A stretch of 64,000 nt of DNA from Bacillota bacterium (GTDB lineage: Bacteria > Bacillota > Clostridia > Peptostreptococcales > Anaerovoracaceae). A model generated the notes under the pieces. It had not been told where the DNA came from. It worked only from the letters and a program-made list of their open reading frames with translations, and did not search any database. Location: contig JAFQHT010000145.1 in the NCBI GenBank assembly GCA_017397825.1, positions 1,024 to 65,023 on the forward strand. Reading direction: 5' to 3'. Made by a program: the position numbers and the translations under genes. Positions 8,675 to 17,985 of this stretch are shown one piece after another. Position 1 is the first letter of the stretch, and each line of letters opens with the position of its first letter.

Positions 8675-9625
8675 CTATTTATATATCCCATATTTAATCT
8701 TAATTCGTTCAATCTTGCGTATCATCGGATCACCCATGAGGAAGATGCAGAAAGCTGCCGCAGCCCCGTGAGCAAGGTCATAAGGAAGCCCGGATACATA
8801 CAGCAGCCTAAGAGTGTTCCAGTTTAGGCCACCGCTTTCACCCATTCCCATGGATGTAACGAAACTGCAGATATTCATCAGGCCGCCATAGAGAATTACG
8901 GTAGTGAAGAACGTAAATACAGTGATTGTGATGCTATCTACCGGCATTCTCTTTCGCTGGAGCAATACCCCCGCCATAAGTCCAAATACGCCGCAGGCAT
9001 ACACAAGCCAAGATGCCTCTTTAATCAGGTTCCAGCCGCATACAAGGCATATTACATAAGCTGTAATCTCAAATGCCGCAATGCACAATACCGGCCCCAT
9101 CACCACGGAGAAGTTTCTGGATTTCAGCCGTTCAGTCTTCTGTCCCAGTTCCACCTTATTAAAGGTCAGCCCCGCAAGGAAGCCTAAAAGCCCCCAGCAG
9201 AACATCTGCCAAGGTGTCCACGGCCCCTGTCCCATATAGAAGTTGCAGACAAATCGTGAGAGTGCTCCTACCAGGAAGCCTGCTTCCGGTCCCATGGCGA
9301 TACCTGCCACAATAACCATGGCAGTCCCAATCTGCAGAGGTACCGTCACATGAAGGAACATGTGGGCTGCCACCGTGATGGCGCTCATCATGGCAACCAG
9401 CACGATTTCACGGGCCTTCGGCTTTCTCTTTTCGAAGACCATGAAAAACGGTGCCATGCAGCAGATAACTACACCTACGCTGATAATCATGTAATACTTG
9501 CCGCCGTCAAGGACGGTGGATAAAGCAATGAGAGCCGGAACTGCCACGAAAATCATCATCGCAGCCATGGCGGTACGCTTCCTTACGGCTTTTGCCCTTA
9601 CCGGATCGTATTCTGTTCTGCCCAT
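8675..9625 (-). CDS. Polytopic membrane protein, putative ECF substrate-specific (S) component (atypically large)
   Basis: 316 aa with about 8 hydrophobic helices. It lies directly downstream of the ECF ATPase with a 28-nt overlap. No enzymatic motifs seen. Confidence 0.55.
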   Translation of the reverse strand: MGRTEYDPVRAKAVRKRTAMAAMMIFVAVPALIALSTVLDGGKYYMIISVGVVICCMAPFFMVFEKRKPKAREIVLVAMMSAITVAAHMFLHVTVPLQIGTAMVIVAGIAMGPEAGFLVGALSRFVCNFYMGQGPWTPWQMFCWGLLGFLAGLTFNKVELGQKTERLKSRNFSVVMGPVLCIAAFEITAYVICLVCGWNLIKEASWLVYACGVFGLMAGVLLQRKRMPVDSITITVFTFFTTVILYGGLMNICSFVTSMGMGESGGLNWNTLRLLYVSGLPYDLAHGAAAAFCIFLMGDPMIRKIERIKIKYGIYK

Positions 9626-11334
9626 GCAGCCACCTCCTCCCAGGTCACAAGGTTTTCATTCCACTGACGCACGATGCGGTTTGCAGTGGTAGTATAGAAG
9701 CTGTTTCCCGCAAAGAACGGTCTTGCAGGGCCTGCAGACACCACATCCCCGTCAAAGAACATGGCGCATCGGTCGCCGTACTCTGCACAGAATTCCACGT
9801 CGTGGGATACCATGAACAGGGTCACGCCCTGCTCTTTCAGCTTCTTAAAGATGCCCGCCAGGGTAATTTTAAAGAACGGGTCAAGGCCCTTGGTCGGTTC
9901 ATCAAGTAATAAAATCTTCGGTTCTAAGAGCAGGATTTTGCCAAGGGCCAGTCTCTGCTGCTCACCACCGGATAAGTCATATGGGTGAGACTTGCGAAGA
10001 TGGCTGATTTCCATTGTTTCAAGCATATTCTCTACCCTTGCTGCCACTTCTTCAGGCGGGAGCTTGCGGTCATAGAGTGCTTCTGCCAGTTCTTCTTCTA
10101 CTGTAATTTCGGTAAAGAGAGCCTGCGGGTTCTGCGGTACCATGGCCATCACGTGCCCCATCAGCTTCCCTGTATTTTCCTTGCAGACTTTCAGGCCGTC
10201 TACAGTGATACTGCCCCTCTGCGGTTTAATCAGCCCCGCCACGGCTTTTAAGGTGGTGGACTTACCGGCACCGTTACCGCCCATGAGGCAGAACAACTCG
10301 CCTGGCTTCACTTTCAGGTTCAAACCACGGAGTACTTGTGGACTGGTTCGGTCATACTGATGCCACAGGTCTTTGATTTCAATAATTGCATCCCCCGGCA
10401 AAATCTCCTCTTCCGGCATTCTCACAGGGTCCAGAGATGCGGATTTTGCGGAGTCTTCCAGAACTGCTTCCAGCCAGAGCCGGCCGTCACGGATGGTCAG
10501 AGGTGCTATACGCTTGCCATCGCTGGTGCGATGAAGGCCCTTTTGCATTTTACTGCCGCCGCAGGCTGAAAAAATCTTCATAACAGACGGAAGACCATAG
10601 AACATAGGGTGGCGTTCCCCCGCGGAGTTTCCTGCCAGGAAGTCACCGATTTTCCACGGGCTGTCACCAGCTATAATGCGGCCCTGATCCATAACCACCA
10701 CCCGGTCTGCCATTGGAATCAGGTCTTCCAGGCGGTGCTCGGAAATGATGACGGTGGTGCCAAGGTCACGGTTGATTTTGTAGACGGTTTTCAGGAACTC
10801 CTCTGCAGCAATCGGATCAAGCTGAGAAGTCGGTTCGTCCAGGATAAGGACTTTCGGCTGCATGACCATAACGGATGCCAGGTTCAGAAGCTGTTTCTGA
10901 CCGCCGGAAAGTTCGGACACGCTCTTGCGGAACCAGGTCTGCATATCGAAGAAGCTTGCCATTTCGGCTACTTTGCGGCGGATAGTCTGGTTGTCCATGC
11001 CCAGGCTTTCAAGACCAAAGGCCAGTTCATGCCATACTTTATCGGTGACAAGCTGGTTGTCCGGGTTCTGCTGTACGAAGCCGATGTCGGTGGTACTGAG
11101 TCTGTCAGGAAGTTCTGCGATTTCCACGCCGCCGTACAGAACGCTGCCTTCCTTATCACCATAAGGAATCAGGTTCTTTTTCAGCTGGCGAAGGAGCGTA
11201 CTCTTGCCGCAGCCGGATTTGCCGCAGATGACGATAAATTCGGACTGCTCTACATCAAGGTTTACATCACGGAGTGCGGGACTTTCTGCCAGCGGATATG
11301 TAAAGGTTAAATTTCGGATTGCAATGCTTGCCAT
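9598..11334 (-). CDS. ECF transporter fused double ATPase (EcfA-EcfA')
   Basis: Two Walker A motifs (GKSGCGKST, GGNGAGKST) and two ABC signatures (LSGGQKQ, LSGGEQQ). Start taken at MASIAIRNLTF. Confidence 0.9.
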   Translation of the reverse strand: MASIAIRNLTFTYPLAESPALRDVNLDVEQSEFIVICGKSGCGKSTLLRQLKKNLIPYGDKEGSVLYGGVEIAELPDRLSTTDIGFVQQNPDNQLVTDKVWHELAFGLESLGMDNQTIRRKVAEMASFFDMQTWFRKSVSELSGGQKQLLNLASVMVMQPKVLILDEPTSQLDPIAAEEFLKTVYKINRDLGTTVIISEHRLEDLIPMADRVVVMDQGRIIAGDSPWKIGDFLAGNSAGERHPMFYGLPSVMKIFSACGGSKMQKGLHRTSDGKRIAPLTIRDGRLWLEAVLEDSAKSASLDPVRMPEEEILPGDAIIEIKDLWHQYDRTSPQVLRGLNLKVKPGELFCLMGGNGAGKSTTLKAVAGLIKPQRGSITVDGLKVCKENTGKLMGHVMAMVPQNPQALFTEITVEEELAEALYDRKLPPEEVAARVENMLETMEISHLRKSHPYDLSGGEQQRLALGKILLLEPKILLLDEPTKGLDPFFKITLAGIFKKLKEQGVTLFMVSHDVEFCAEYGDRCAMFFDGDVVSAGPARPFFAGNSFYTTTANRIVRQWNENLVTWEEVAAWAEQNTIR

Positions 11335-12221
11335 TTCTTTTCTCCCAGTATACCAATGACTGCCGGTGTGAACAGCAAAATGCCGTATGCCGCCAGCGTC
11401 AATATTCTCATAAGATTCCATGTGCCCAGCACAATGGTCGGATAGTAGTTAATTGTGGTAAGGCCCATGATGCAGCCAGCCGCAGTCAGAAGTCCCAGGA
11501 TGGTCATGAAGATAAGCAGCTTCTTGTCCCGGTCTGTGAACTTGAACAGGTGGAAGCTGGTTCTTCCTTTCAGGCCGTAGCCTCTTGCTTCCATGGAGTC
11601 GGATGTTTCAATGGATGCTTCCAGTGACCAGGAAATAAGAATAGAAACTTCCTTCACCGTCTGGCGCACCTTTTCCAGGAAACTCTTTTCCGTGTGGCGG
11701 CCCATGCACCGCTGTCCCATGGAGATTTCGGTATACCGGCTCTTTAAAAGAGGGATAAAGCGGAAAATCATGGACAATGTCAGTGCCAGCACCGGCGCTG
11801 CCTTACCGAAGAGGTAGATAAACTTATCGGATGTCATAATCACATTAAAACAGGAAAACCACACAATCACGGAAGAAAGCATTACCGCCCCAGCCAGTCC
11901 GTAAATGAAAGATTCCAGTGTAATGCGGTTTCCGAACAGGTAAAAGAGCACGGTTGCTCCGTTATGTGTAAAGAGTGTATTGATAACGGCCATGAGAATC
12001 ACGACCGGAATTGTCATAAGTAAGTTGAATTTCAGGCCTTTGCTGCCGGACAGAATGTATGACCAGGTCCAGCTCGCGGCCAGTGTCAGTGCCAGGAAAG
12101 CCGGGTCCATGCTGAACATGGTGATTCCGATGGCAAAGACGAAAAATATGAAGTTTACAGCAGGGTGATACCCTGCAAAGGTACTGGTTTCACCCAGTCC
12201 TGTTCTGTTTTTTTCAGTCAT
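11307..12221 (-). CDS. ECF transporter transmembrane T component (EcfT/CbiQ family)
   Basis: Polytopic protein with the conserved ARG-type coupling motif (SMEARGYGLKGRTSF). It sits directly upstream of the ATPase. Confidence 0.8.
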   Translation of the reverse strand: MTEKNRTGLGETSTFAGYHPAVNFIFFVFAIGITMFSMDPAFLALTLAASWTWSYILSGSKGLKFNLLMTIPVVILMAVINTLFTHNGATVLFYLFGNRITLESFIYGLAGAVMLSSVIVWFSCFNVIMTSDKFIYLFGKAAPVLALTLSMIFRFIPLLKSRYTEISMGQRCMGRHTEKSFLEKVRQTVKEVSILISWSLEASIETSDSMEARGYGLKGRTSFHLFKFTDRDKKLLIFMTILGLLTAAGCIMGLTTINYYPTIVLGTWNLMRILTLAAYGILLFTPAVIGILGEKKWQALQSEI

Positions 12222-12258
12222 TTAAGCTCCTAATACAAAAAACGAAAATATCAACAGG

Positions 12259-12283
12259 TCCCGGGCAGGGTTTCTGCCCGGGA
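12259..12283 (-). other. 10-bp GC-rich hairpin between the giant surface-protein gene and ecfT (possible partial terminator or processing site)
   Basis: TCCCGGGCAG / CTGCCCGGGA arms. The T-run is not immediately adjacent. Confidence 0.35.
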
Positions 12284-12343
12284 TTCTGCTGATTGAATGA
12301 GTTTACCTCATGGAAAACCCCTTGTGATTTTTATTGCAGGATA

Positions 12344-15300
12344 TTACTTGCTCCAGGTTCTGCTTGCATATCTGCACTGCTTCAGAGCAGTTCTTGCAAT
12401 CAGCTTGCCTTCTGCATCGTATACCTGTACGCGTACCTTGTAGTAGTACTTGGTACCCTTCTTACCGCCAGTCTGAGTATAAGTTGTAGTGTCCTTAATC
12501 AGTCTGGAGCTGTACTTGGAAGACTTCTTAGTGGATCTGTAGAAGTTGTACTTCACGGTAAATCCTTCTGCTTCCAGTTCTTCAATGATAGCCTTATCAG
12601 CCTTATCCAGCTGTACGGTTACCTTAATATTCTTCTTGGCAGTCTTGGAAGAACGTGCTACAGGAGTCAGGTCAGCAATCAGAGCCTTCACTTCTTCTGC
12701 AGTCATAGTTTCTTCTTCAACTTCCAGACCGATTTCGTCAGCATCAACCAGTGCAAAGGTGGAGAAGTGAGGAGTATCGAATCTGTAGTGTTTCTTGCCG
12801 CCAACAGTCACTTCCTGACCCTTGAGGTGTTCAATCTTGCCATCGTCTCCGATGTGGATTGCTGCAACCTTCTTACCGTCAAGTTTAGTTGGAATTTCAA
12901 CAGTTACAGTTGCCTTACCTTCGTTGAAGGAAGAAATAGTCTTGTCACCGGACTTGATAACAAGCTGGATAATGTGGCCGTTTTCACCTGCTGCCTGCTT
13001 GTGAACTGCAGTAGGAGCTTTCACTTCCACGATTTCCAGAGTTACGGTGCTTCCTGCAGCTTCAGCTGCTACAGTCTTCAGAACTTCCTGGTCGAGGGAT
13101 ACAGTACCGTTTTCGGTCTTTACAGTCAGAGCTGCAGTAGTATCTTCTACGATATCCTTTACAGTAGCAGTATCCAGCTGAACCTTAACGGTTGCTGCAC
13201 CCTTAGTGTCATCTGCAGATACCTGCAGAACGATTTCGGAAGCCTTGTTTTCAGTTGCCTGCTTGAGAGTTTCGGTTACATTTTCTTTAGTAACAGTTGC
13301 GGTTGCAGTAGAACCAACGATAGTTACTTCGGTTGGAGTAGTGGTAGTGTTGGAAACTGAGCCAGATTCCTTGGAGGTGGTAACTTCAGTCTTTTCTTCT
13401 ACTGCAGGAGGTGCCCAATCTTTACTATCCGGTTCATAAAAATAGTCATCTGTATAGTGGAATATAATTTTGTCACCGTTTTCTAAATACTGCTCAGCAA
13501 CACTAAGTGCAGAATGTTTGCCATTCAGAGTGTACATCCAGCCGGAATTAGGTCCGTTCGTATACTCAGCCAGTTCTTCTTGTGTTCCTGGTTTTGTGAT
13601 GCCCTGTACATAGTTACCCGTTTCATTTCTCCAGGCATATCCTGCATCCCTCAGTGCCATTTCAAAAACATCTCGCACAGTTGCATTGATGCTTACAGGA
13701 TAATTTTTCACATAAATCCATGTCTGCAATCCACCAGTTTCCAAAGTATGGATCTTTTTGTCTGCAGAACTGTCATGAACACTATCTCCAAGCAAAGTAA
13801 ATGATACATTAATAGTTTTCGGATTTTCTGGTGTATCAGCTTTAAGTACTGTCACGGTTATCGTCGTTTCAGCAGTATTGTACTTCAAAGTCACAGTCTG
13901 CAAACCATGCTGATTCTTATTGTATCCATTAATCTGAAGGTCGTTTAAATTCACAGAAGTTCTGCTTCCATCAGACCAATTTGCACTAACAGTTATTCCA
14001 TTTAAATCCAAGTCATCCCCGATGATATACTGAGTCTTATACTCACCGCCAAGGCTTAAGCTGGTCACTATTGGTGTATCACTGATGACTGGATATTTTT
14101 CTCCCTGAATCCAATTCTTATAACTGGATTCAGAATTGTTTAATTCCTGTACAACAGTATTATCCGCTAATTCAGTTTCACTTCTTGGAGAACTGAATTT
14201 GTCTGCACCAACGATCGCACCTGTAACAGCACCTCCAATTCCATCAGCAGTGCCACAATTATCAAGGAAGAAATTTGTTGGATTGCCTTTTGTTTTTGTG
14301 AAATCATTTACGCACCCTATAATTGCACCGACATTTTTTTCGCCATAGAGCTTACCATAGAATAAGTTGTCTGACAGTGCATTGGCACCTTTAATTCCAT
14401 AATCATCGCCGGTGTCATTATAATTGACATGGCCCACTTCTGAACCAATTATGCCTCCTACTTCTTCGACACCTTTAATATCAGCTGCTACATAACAATT
14501 ATGTATTTGAACTACCGGTGTTCCTGAAGCACCTCCAATATATCCAGAACCTGCAATGCCGCCTACTCTCATACCGGATGCTTCTATTGTTCCTAAAAAT
14601 GCACTGTTTTTTACAGTACACGGTCCTATAGACTGTCCTTTTGAACCGAATAAACCACCTACATAATCTACGCCATAAACTGCAGCATAGCTTTTACTGT
14701 TTTCAATGGTTCCATTAAAATCTCCACAGAAAGATCCAATTCGGCTTTGGTCTTTGTTATATCCAATAACAACACCATCTTCAATCAGACAGTTGCGAAT
14801 ATTAATGGCATTAACTCCCGATGCATATCCCCCGGCGAATCCCGATTTTAAAATCTTTGTTCCCGATTTTATGGTTACTTTTTCAATATCAATAGTTCGT
14901 AATTTTACCGTGTCATTTTGATATTCTCCTGTTTCGCCATAGTCAACTACATATTTGTCAAGTAAACCGTATCCATCAATATGATTTCCCTGAATTGTCA
15001 TATTTTTAATCGTTGCATGACGTGCATAGTTCAAGAGTGGTTTCCCGTAATCTGCAATAATTAAAGAATACCCCTTGCCATCGATGGTTCCACTAAAAGG
15101 CTGCAGACTAATGCCACAATCATTCTCTTTTCCTCCAGGTTTCAGATTGCCGATTGGTTTCCACGTTTCTGATAACTCAATATTATTTGCAAATGCCAGA
15201 ACCTGTCCTGAAAAGCTAAATGGCTGCCCAGCTTCTCCTTCAACTAACTTTTTCACGTAATTCAGGTCATCTTCGTTATGAATCAGATACGGATCACTTT

Positions 15301-17062
15301 CTGTTCCTGAGCCTTTCAGTCCAGTAACAACATCCGTAGAATCTTTAAATGTTACCTGTACAGGATTACTTACTATACTGTCTCCTGTAAAACCTTCAGA
15401 CGAGACTTTAATTTCCGCATAATAGAAATACGATCCTATTACATCTTGTGTATCATTTAAAGTAACACTATATTTATTACATTTTTTCTCATCTTTAGTA
15501 GTGTTTCCATCGCTACGGCATTCAGTTGCGATTAGCTCACTTCCTTCAAAACTTGCTGTTTCATTGCGATACATGGAAATTTTATAATCTACACCTTCTA
15601 TAGGGTCGTTATTCGAAGCAGCAAGCAAACCAATTTCAAACGATGGTTTCTCCCCTTTGAACAATATATCCTTACCACTTATCTGGAGAGGTATCAAAAT
15701 TTCAGGAGCAGTAAGTGTGCTTGATCTAACTTCATAGTTTATATCATTGGATGTAGACTCAAAAGATATACCATCAACTGTATAGGTAACAACACAGAAG
15801 TATTTTTCTGTTCCTATATATTTCGTTGAAGGCTGATAGGATGATTCTGTTGCACCATTGATTATTTTTTTATTTGTTCCCAGATATCTGTACCACTGAT
15901 AAGATAATGTTCCTTCGCCATCTGTCGGTTCACTCACAACAGCCGTCAGCATTTTTCCACTGCCTTTTTCAGTAGTCACATCGTCGATTTTTTCTATAAC
16001 AGGAGATAAGTCCTTTTTACATACGAATAAGGTGTATTCAGTCTCTAATTCCCCATTTTTGACTTTGATAGGAATGCAGGCACGATCTGATTCCGGTGTA
16101 GGCTTGTATTTGGTCAGTTCATATTTATTATTTTTAGCGTCATACTTTTCTTCACCTACCCATATTTCTGTTTCCGTACTATCAATCTTAGTTGTTGTTG
16201 ATTCAAGATTTAAATTAATTTCATTCGCAGCAGTAATTGTAGTAAAATTATTATTATATGGGTCAACTACAGAATTAAATGCCGGAGTAACAGTCAAATT
16301 ATCTGTTCCCACGCTCACGCTTAAAGTTTTTAGGGTTAAGCTTCGCGTGATAAGGTAATCATACGAATCATAATTAACAAAGCTACCATCCTTATCCACT
16401 GGCCCAACTTTGACAGTCAATTTCGTTTGTTTTCCAGCAGGGAAGTTCTGAATTCTAAGGATTTGTTTAAACGGATCCGATGTGGTTTTCTTCGTTAATG
16501 CAATCTTGGTATTTTTTTGTTCGACACCATCGATTAGTAAAGAAACATGCAACTTTAAATCTATACAATCATCTGGTATAGTGATATTAATTTTTGAAGT
16601 CATATTTCTTGAGTCAGGAAGTACTAAACTATATTCTTTTGTATTTGCCTGGAAGACACAATCTTCGACAATTCCGCTAGTTACTAGTTGATTAACATTG
16701 AATGTGATATCTTCTACATACCCGTGTATCTCATTACCACTGTTGTCTGCTGGTTCACTCACAGTCTGCGGAGAATCCTGCTGCTGTTCCGAATTAGCAC
16801 CCAGTTCCGTCAGGGCTGCAGCTGCCACAGTGCCGTTATCAACGGTTGCCACAGCGGCATTGCTGCTTAATTTAATCGTTTCCACGGGCACAACATCCGT
16901 ACTCCCGCCATCTTCCACTGATGCCGATACTACAACTTCATCACCACTGCCTGTAATGGTTCCATCCTCAGCAAATGCCATACTGGGCATCATTGTGAAA
17001 ACCATCATGAATACCAGAAGCAGTGAAATCAGTCTTGAACTTTTTTTCATGTTCTTTTTCAT
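12344..17062 (-). CDS. 1572-aa secreted multidomain protein: Ig-like repeats, GLUG-motif region, internal DUF4430 domain, C-terminal FN3-like module
   Basis: Signal peptide (MKKNMKKSSRLISLLLVFMMVFTMMPSMAFA). GLUG-type repeats (VGGLFGS, VGGIAGS, VGGIIGS, VGAIIGC; about nt 14288-14680). DUF4430-like segment at aa ~1083-1207 (nt 13442-13816; NSGWMYTLNGKHSALSVAEQYLENGDKIIFHYT). No LPXTG signal. Confidence 0.8.
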   Translation of the reverse strand: MKKNMKKSSRLISLLLVFMMVFTMMPSMAFAEDGTITGSGDEVVVSASVEDGGSTDVVPVETIKLSSNAAVATVDNGTVAAAALTELGANSEQQQDSPQTVSEPADNSGNEIHGYVEDITFNVNQLVTSGIVEDCVFQANTKEYSLVLPDSRNMTSKINITIPDDCIDLKLHVSLLIDGVEQKNTKIALTKKTTSDPFKQILRIQNFPAGKQTKLTVKVGPVDKDGSFVNYDSYDYLITRSLTLKTLSVSVGTDNLTVTPAFNSVVDPYNNNFTTITAANEINLNLESTTTKIDSTETEIWVGEEKYDAKNNKYELTKYKPTPESDRACIPIKVKNGELETEYTLFVCKKDLSPVIEKIDDVTTEKGSGKMLTAVVSEPTDGEGTLSYQWYRYLGTNKKIINGATESSYQPSTKYIGTEKYFCVVTYTVDGISFESTSNDINYEVRSSTLTAPEILIPLQISGKDILFKGEKPSFEIGLLAASNNDPIEGVDYKISMYRNETASFEGSELIATECRSDGNTTKDEKKCNKYSVTLNDTQDVIGSYFYYAEIKVSSEGFTGDSIVSNPVQVTFKDSTDVVTGLKGSGTESDPYLIHNEDDLNYVKKLVEGEAGQPFSFSGQVLAFANNIELSETWKPIGNLKPGGKENDCGISLQPFSGTIDGKGYSLIIADYGKPLLNYARHATIKNMTIQGNHIDGYGLLDKYVVDYGETGEYQNDTVKLRTIDIEKVTIKSGTKILKSGFAGGYASGVNAINIRNCLIEDGVVIGYNKDQSRIGSFCGDFNGTIENSKSYAAVYGVDYVGGLFGSKGQSIGPCTVKNSAFLGTIEASGMRVGGIAGSGYIGGASGTPVVQIHNCYVAADIKGVEEVGGIIGSEVGHVNYNDTGDDYGIKGANALSDNLFYGKLYGEKNVGAIIGCVNDFTKTKGNPTNFFLDNCGTADGIGGAVTGAIVGADKFSSPRSETELADNTVVQELNNSESSYKNWIQGEKYPVISDTPIVTSLSLGGEYKTQYIIGDDLDLNGITVSANWSDGSRTSVNLNDLQINGYNKNQHGLQTVTLKYNTAETTITVTVLKADTPENPKTINVSFTLLGDSVHDSSADKKIHTLETGGLQTWIYVKNYPVSINATVRDVFEMALRDAGYAWRNETGNYVQGITKPGTQEELAEYTNGPNSGWMYTLNGKHSALSVAEQYLENGDKIIFHYTDDYFYEPDSKDWAPPAVEEKTEVTTSKESGSVSNTTTTPTEVTIVGSTATATVTKENVTETLKQATENKASEIVLQVSADDTKGAATVKVQLDTATVKDIVEDTTAALTVKTENGTVSLDQEVLKTVAAEAAGSTVTLEIVEVKAPTAVHKQAAGENGHIIQLVIKSGDKTISSFNEGKATVTVEIPTKLDGKKVAAIHIGDDGKIEHLKGQEVTVGGKKHYRFDTPHFSTFALVDADEIGLEVEEETMTAEEVKALIADLTPVARSSKTAKKNIKVTVQLDKADKAIIEELEAEGFTVKYNFYRSTKKSSKYSSRLIKDTTTYTQTGGKKGTKYYYKVRVQVYDAEGKLIARTALKQCRYASRTWSK

Positions 17063-17161
17063 TTTATTATATTTTCCTTTCTCCGGACATCAGCTGCCCG
17101 GCCGCCTTTCGCAGTTTTATCTGCGATTTATCTATGTCAAACACTTAATGTACAAGTGTGG

Positions 17162-17491
17162 TTACCTAGTGGTCTGAAGGAGACATTCTGTTGCAATACG
17201 CTCTTCTCTGCACTTTTTACGGTTTTCCGCAGAACGTTTCCGCATCTCTGTGTGCTTCTTCCTATATTTTTCTTTTCTGTGCAGATGCTTCTCTGATACC
17301 GGCTTCAACCCGGCCTGTTCCAGAATTCTCGGCCACGGTCCGAATCTCTGTTTGAAATAGAACGCACATGCAACATCATCCTTTATAGGCAGCCGGCCAA
17401 GTTCTGCTGCCTTCTGGCGTAGTATATCCAGAAGTGCTTCATCACTCATCAGGGTATATTCCGCTGTGATGCGTTTTTCTTCCTGTGTCAT
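17162..17491 (-). CDS. Small protein with one homing-endonuclease-associated (HEARO-like) repeat and a basic tail
   Basis: DEALLDILRQKAAELGRLPIKDD...FKQRFGPWPRILEQAGLKP followed by a K/R-rich tail. The start overlaps the upstream stop (TAATG). Confidence 0.5.
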   Translation of the reverse strand: MTQEEKRITAEYTLMSDEALLDILRQKAAELGRLPIKDDVACAFYFKQRFGPWPRILEQAGLKPVSEKHLHRKEKYRKKHTEMRKRSAENRKKCREERIATECLLQTTR

Positions 17492-17817
17492 TATTTACCC
17501 TCCTCCGCTTGTTTACGTGTTTCTGCAGATTTATCTCTTGCAGCCTGCAGTTTCCGTCTGCTGGCAGCCTTTCTTCTCTGATGGGTCTTGGAGGCCGGCT
17601 TCAGCCCTGCCTTCTCAAGCATTCTCGTCCATGGGCCGAACCGCTCTTTTAGATACCACGTCAGCTCCATCTCGGATTTTAATGGGCGGCGCCCCAGCTC
17701 TACAGCCTTTTGCTGCACCACTGCCAGAAGTTCCTCATCGCTCATCTGCTTATATTTACTTAATAAAAATTCTTCTTCCTCTGTTAAATGAAGTTTGAAA
17801 TCGTCGAAATCTTTCAT
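17491..17817 (-). CDS. Paralog of 17162..17491 (HEARO-like repeat and basic tail)
   Basis: DEELLAVVQQKAVELGRRPLKSE...LKERFGPWTRMLEKAGLKP. Start taken at MKDFDDFKL (17817). Confidence 0.5.
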   Translation of the reverse strand: MKDFDDFKLHLTEEEEFLLSKYKQMSDEELLAVVQQKAVELGRRPLKSEMELTWYLKERFGPWTRMLEKAGLKPASKTHQRRKAASRRKLQAARDKSAETRKQAEEGK

Positions 17818-17985
17818 GTTCAAGTTACTTCCTGTTTCTATGTATTGAGAGAGCGGAGCAGCACCTTCGAGGGTTTTCTCTGCTCCGCAGAATGAAAAGA
17901 CTATTTTTATAAAACAAAAAGGCTGTAACAAAACTACCAGATCTACTGGTAATTTCATTACAGCCCGGGTTTCCTGTAATAGGTA

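Noticed and set aside
17063-17161. A possible internal promoter (TTGACA at 17135-17140, minus strand) in front of the giant surface-protein gene.
   Set aside because: No convincing -10 element lies at the proper spacing. The gap is short and the gene is more simply co-transcribed with the upstream HEARO-like genes.
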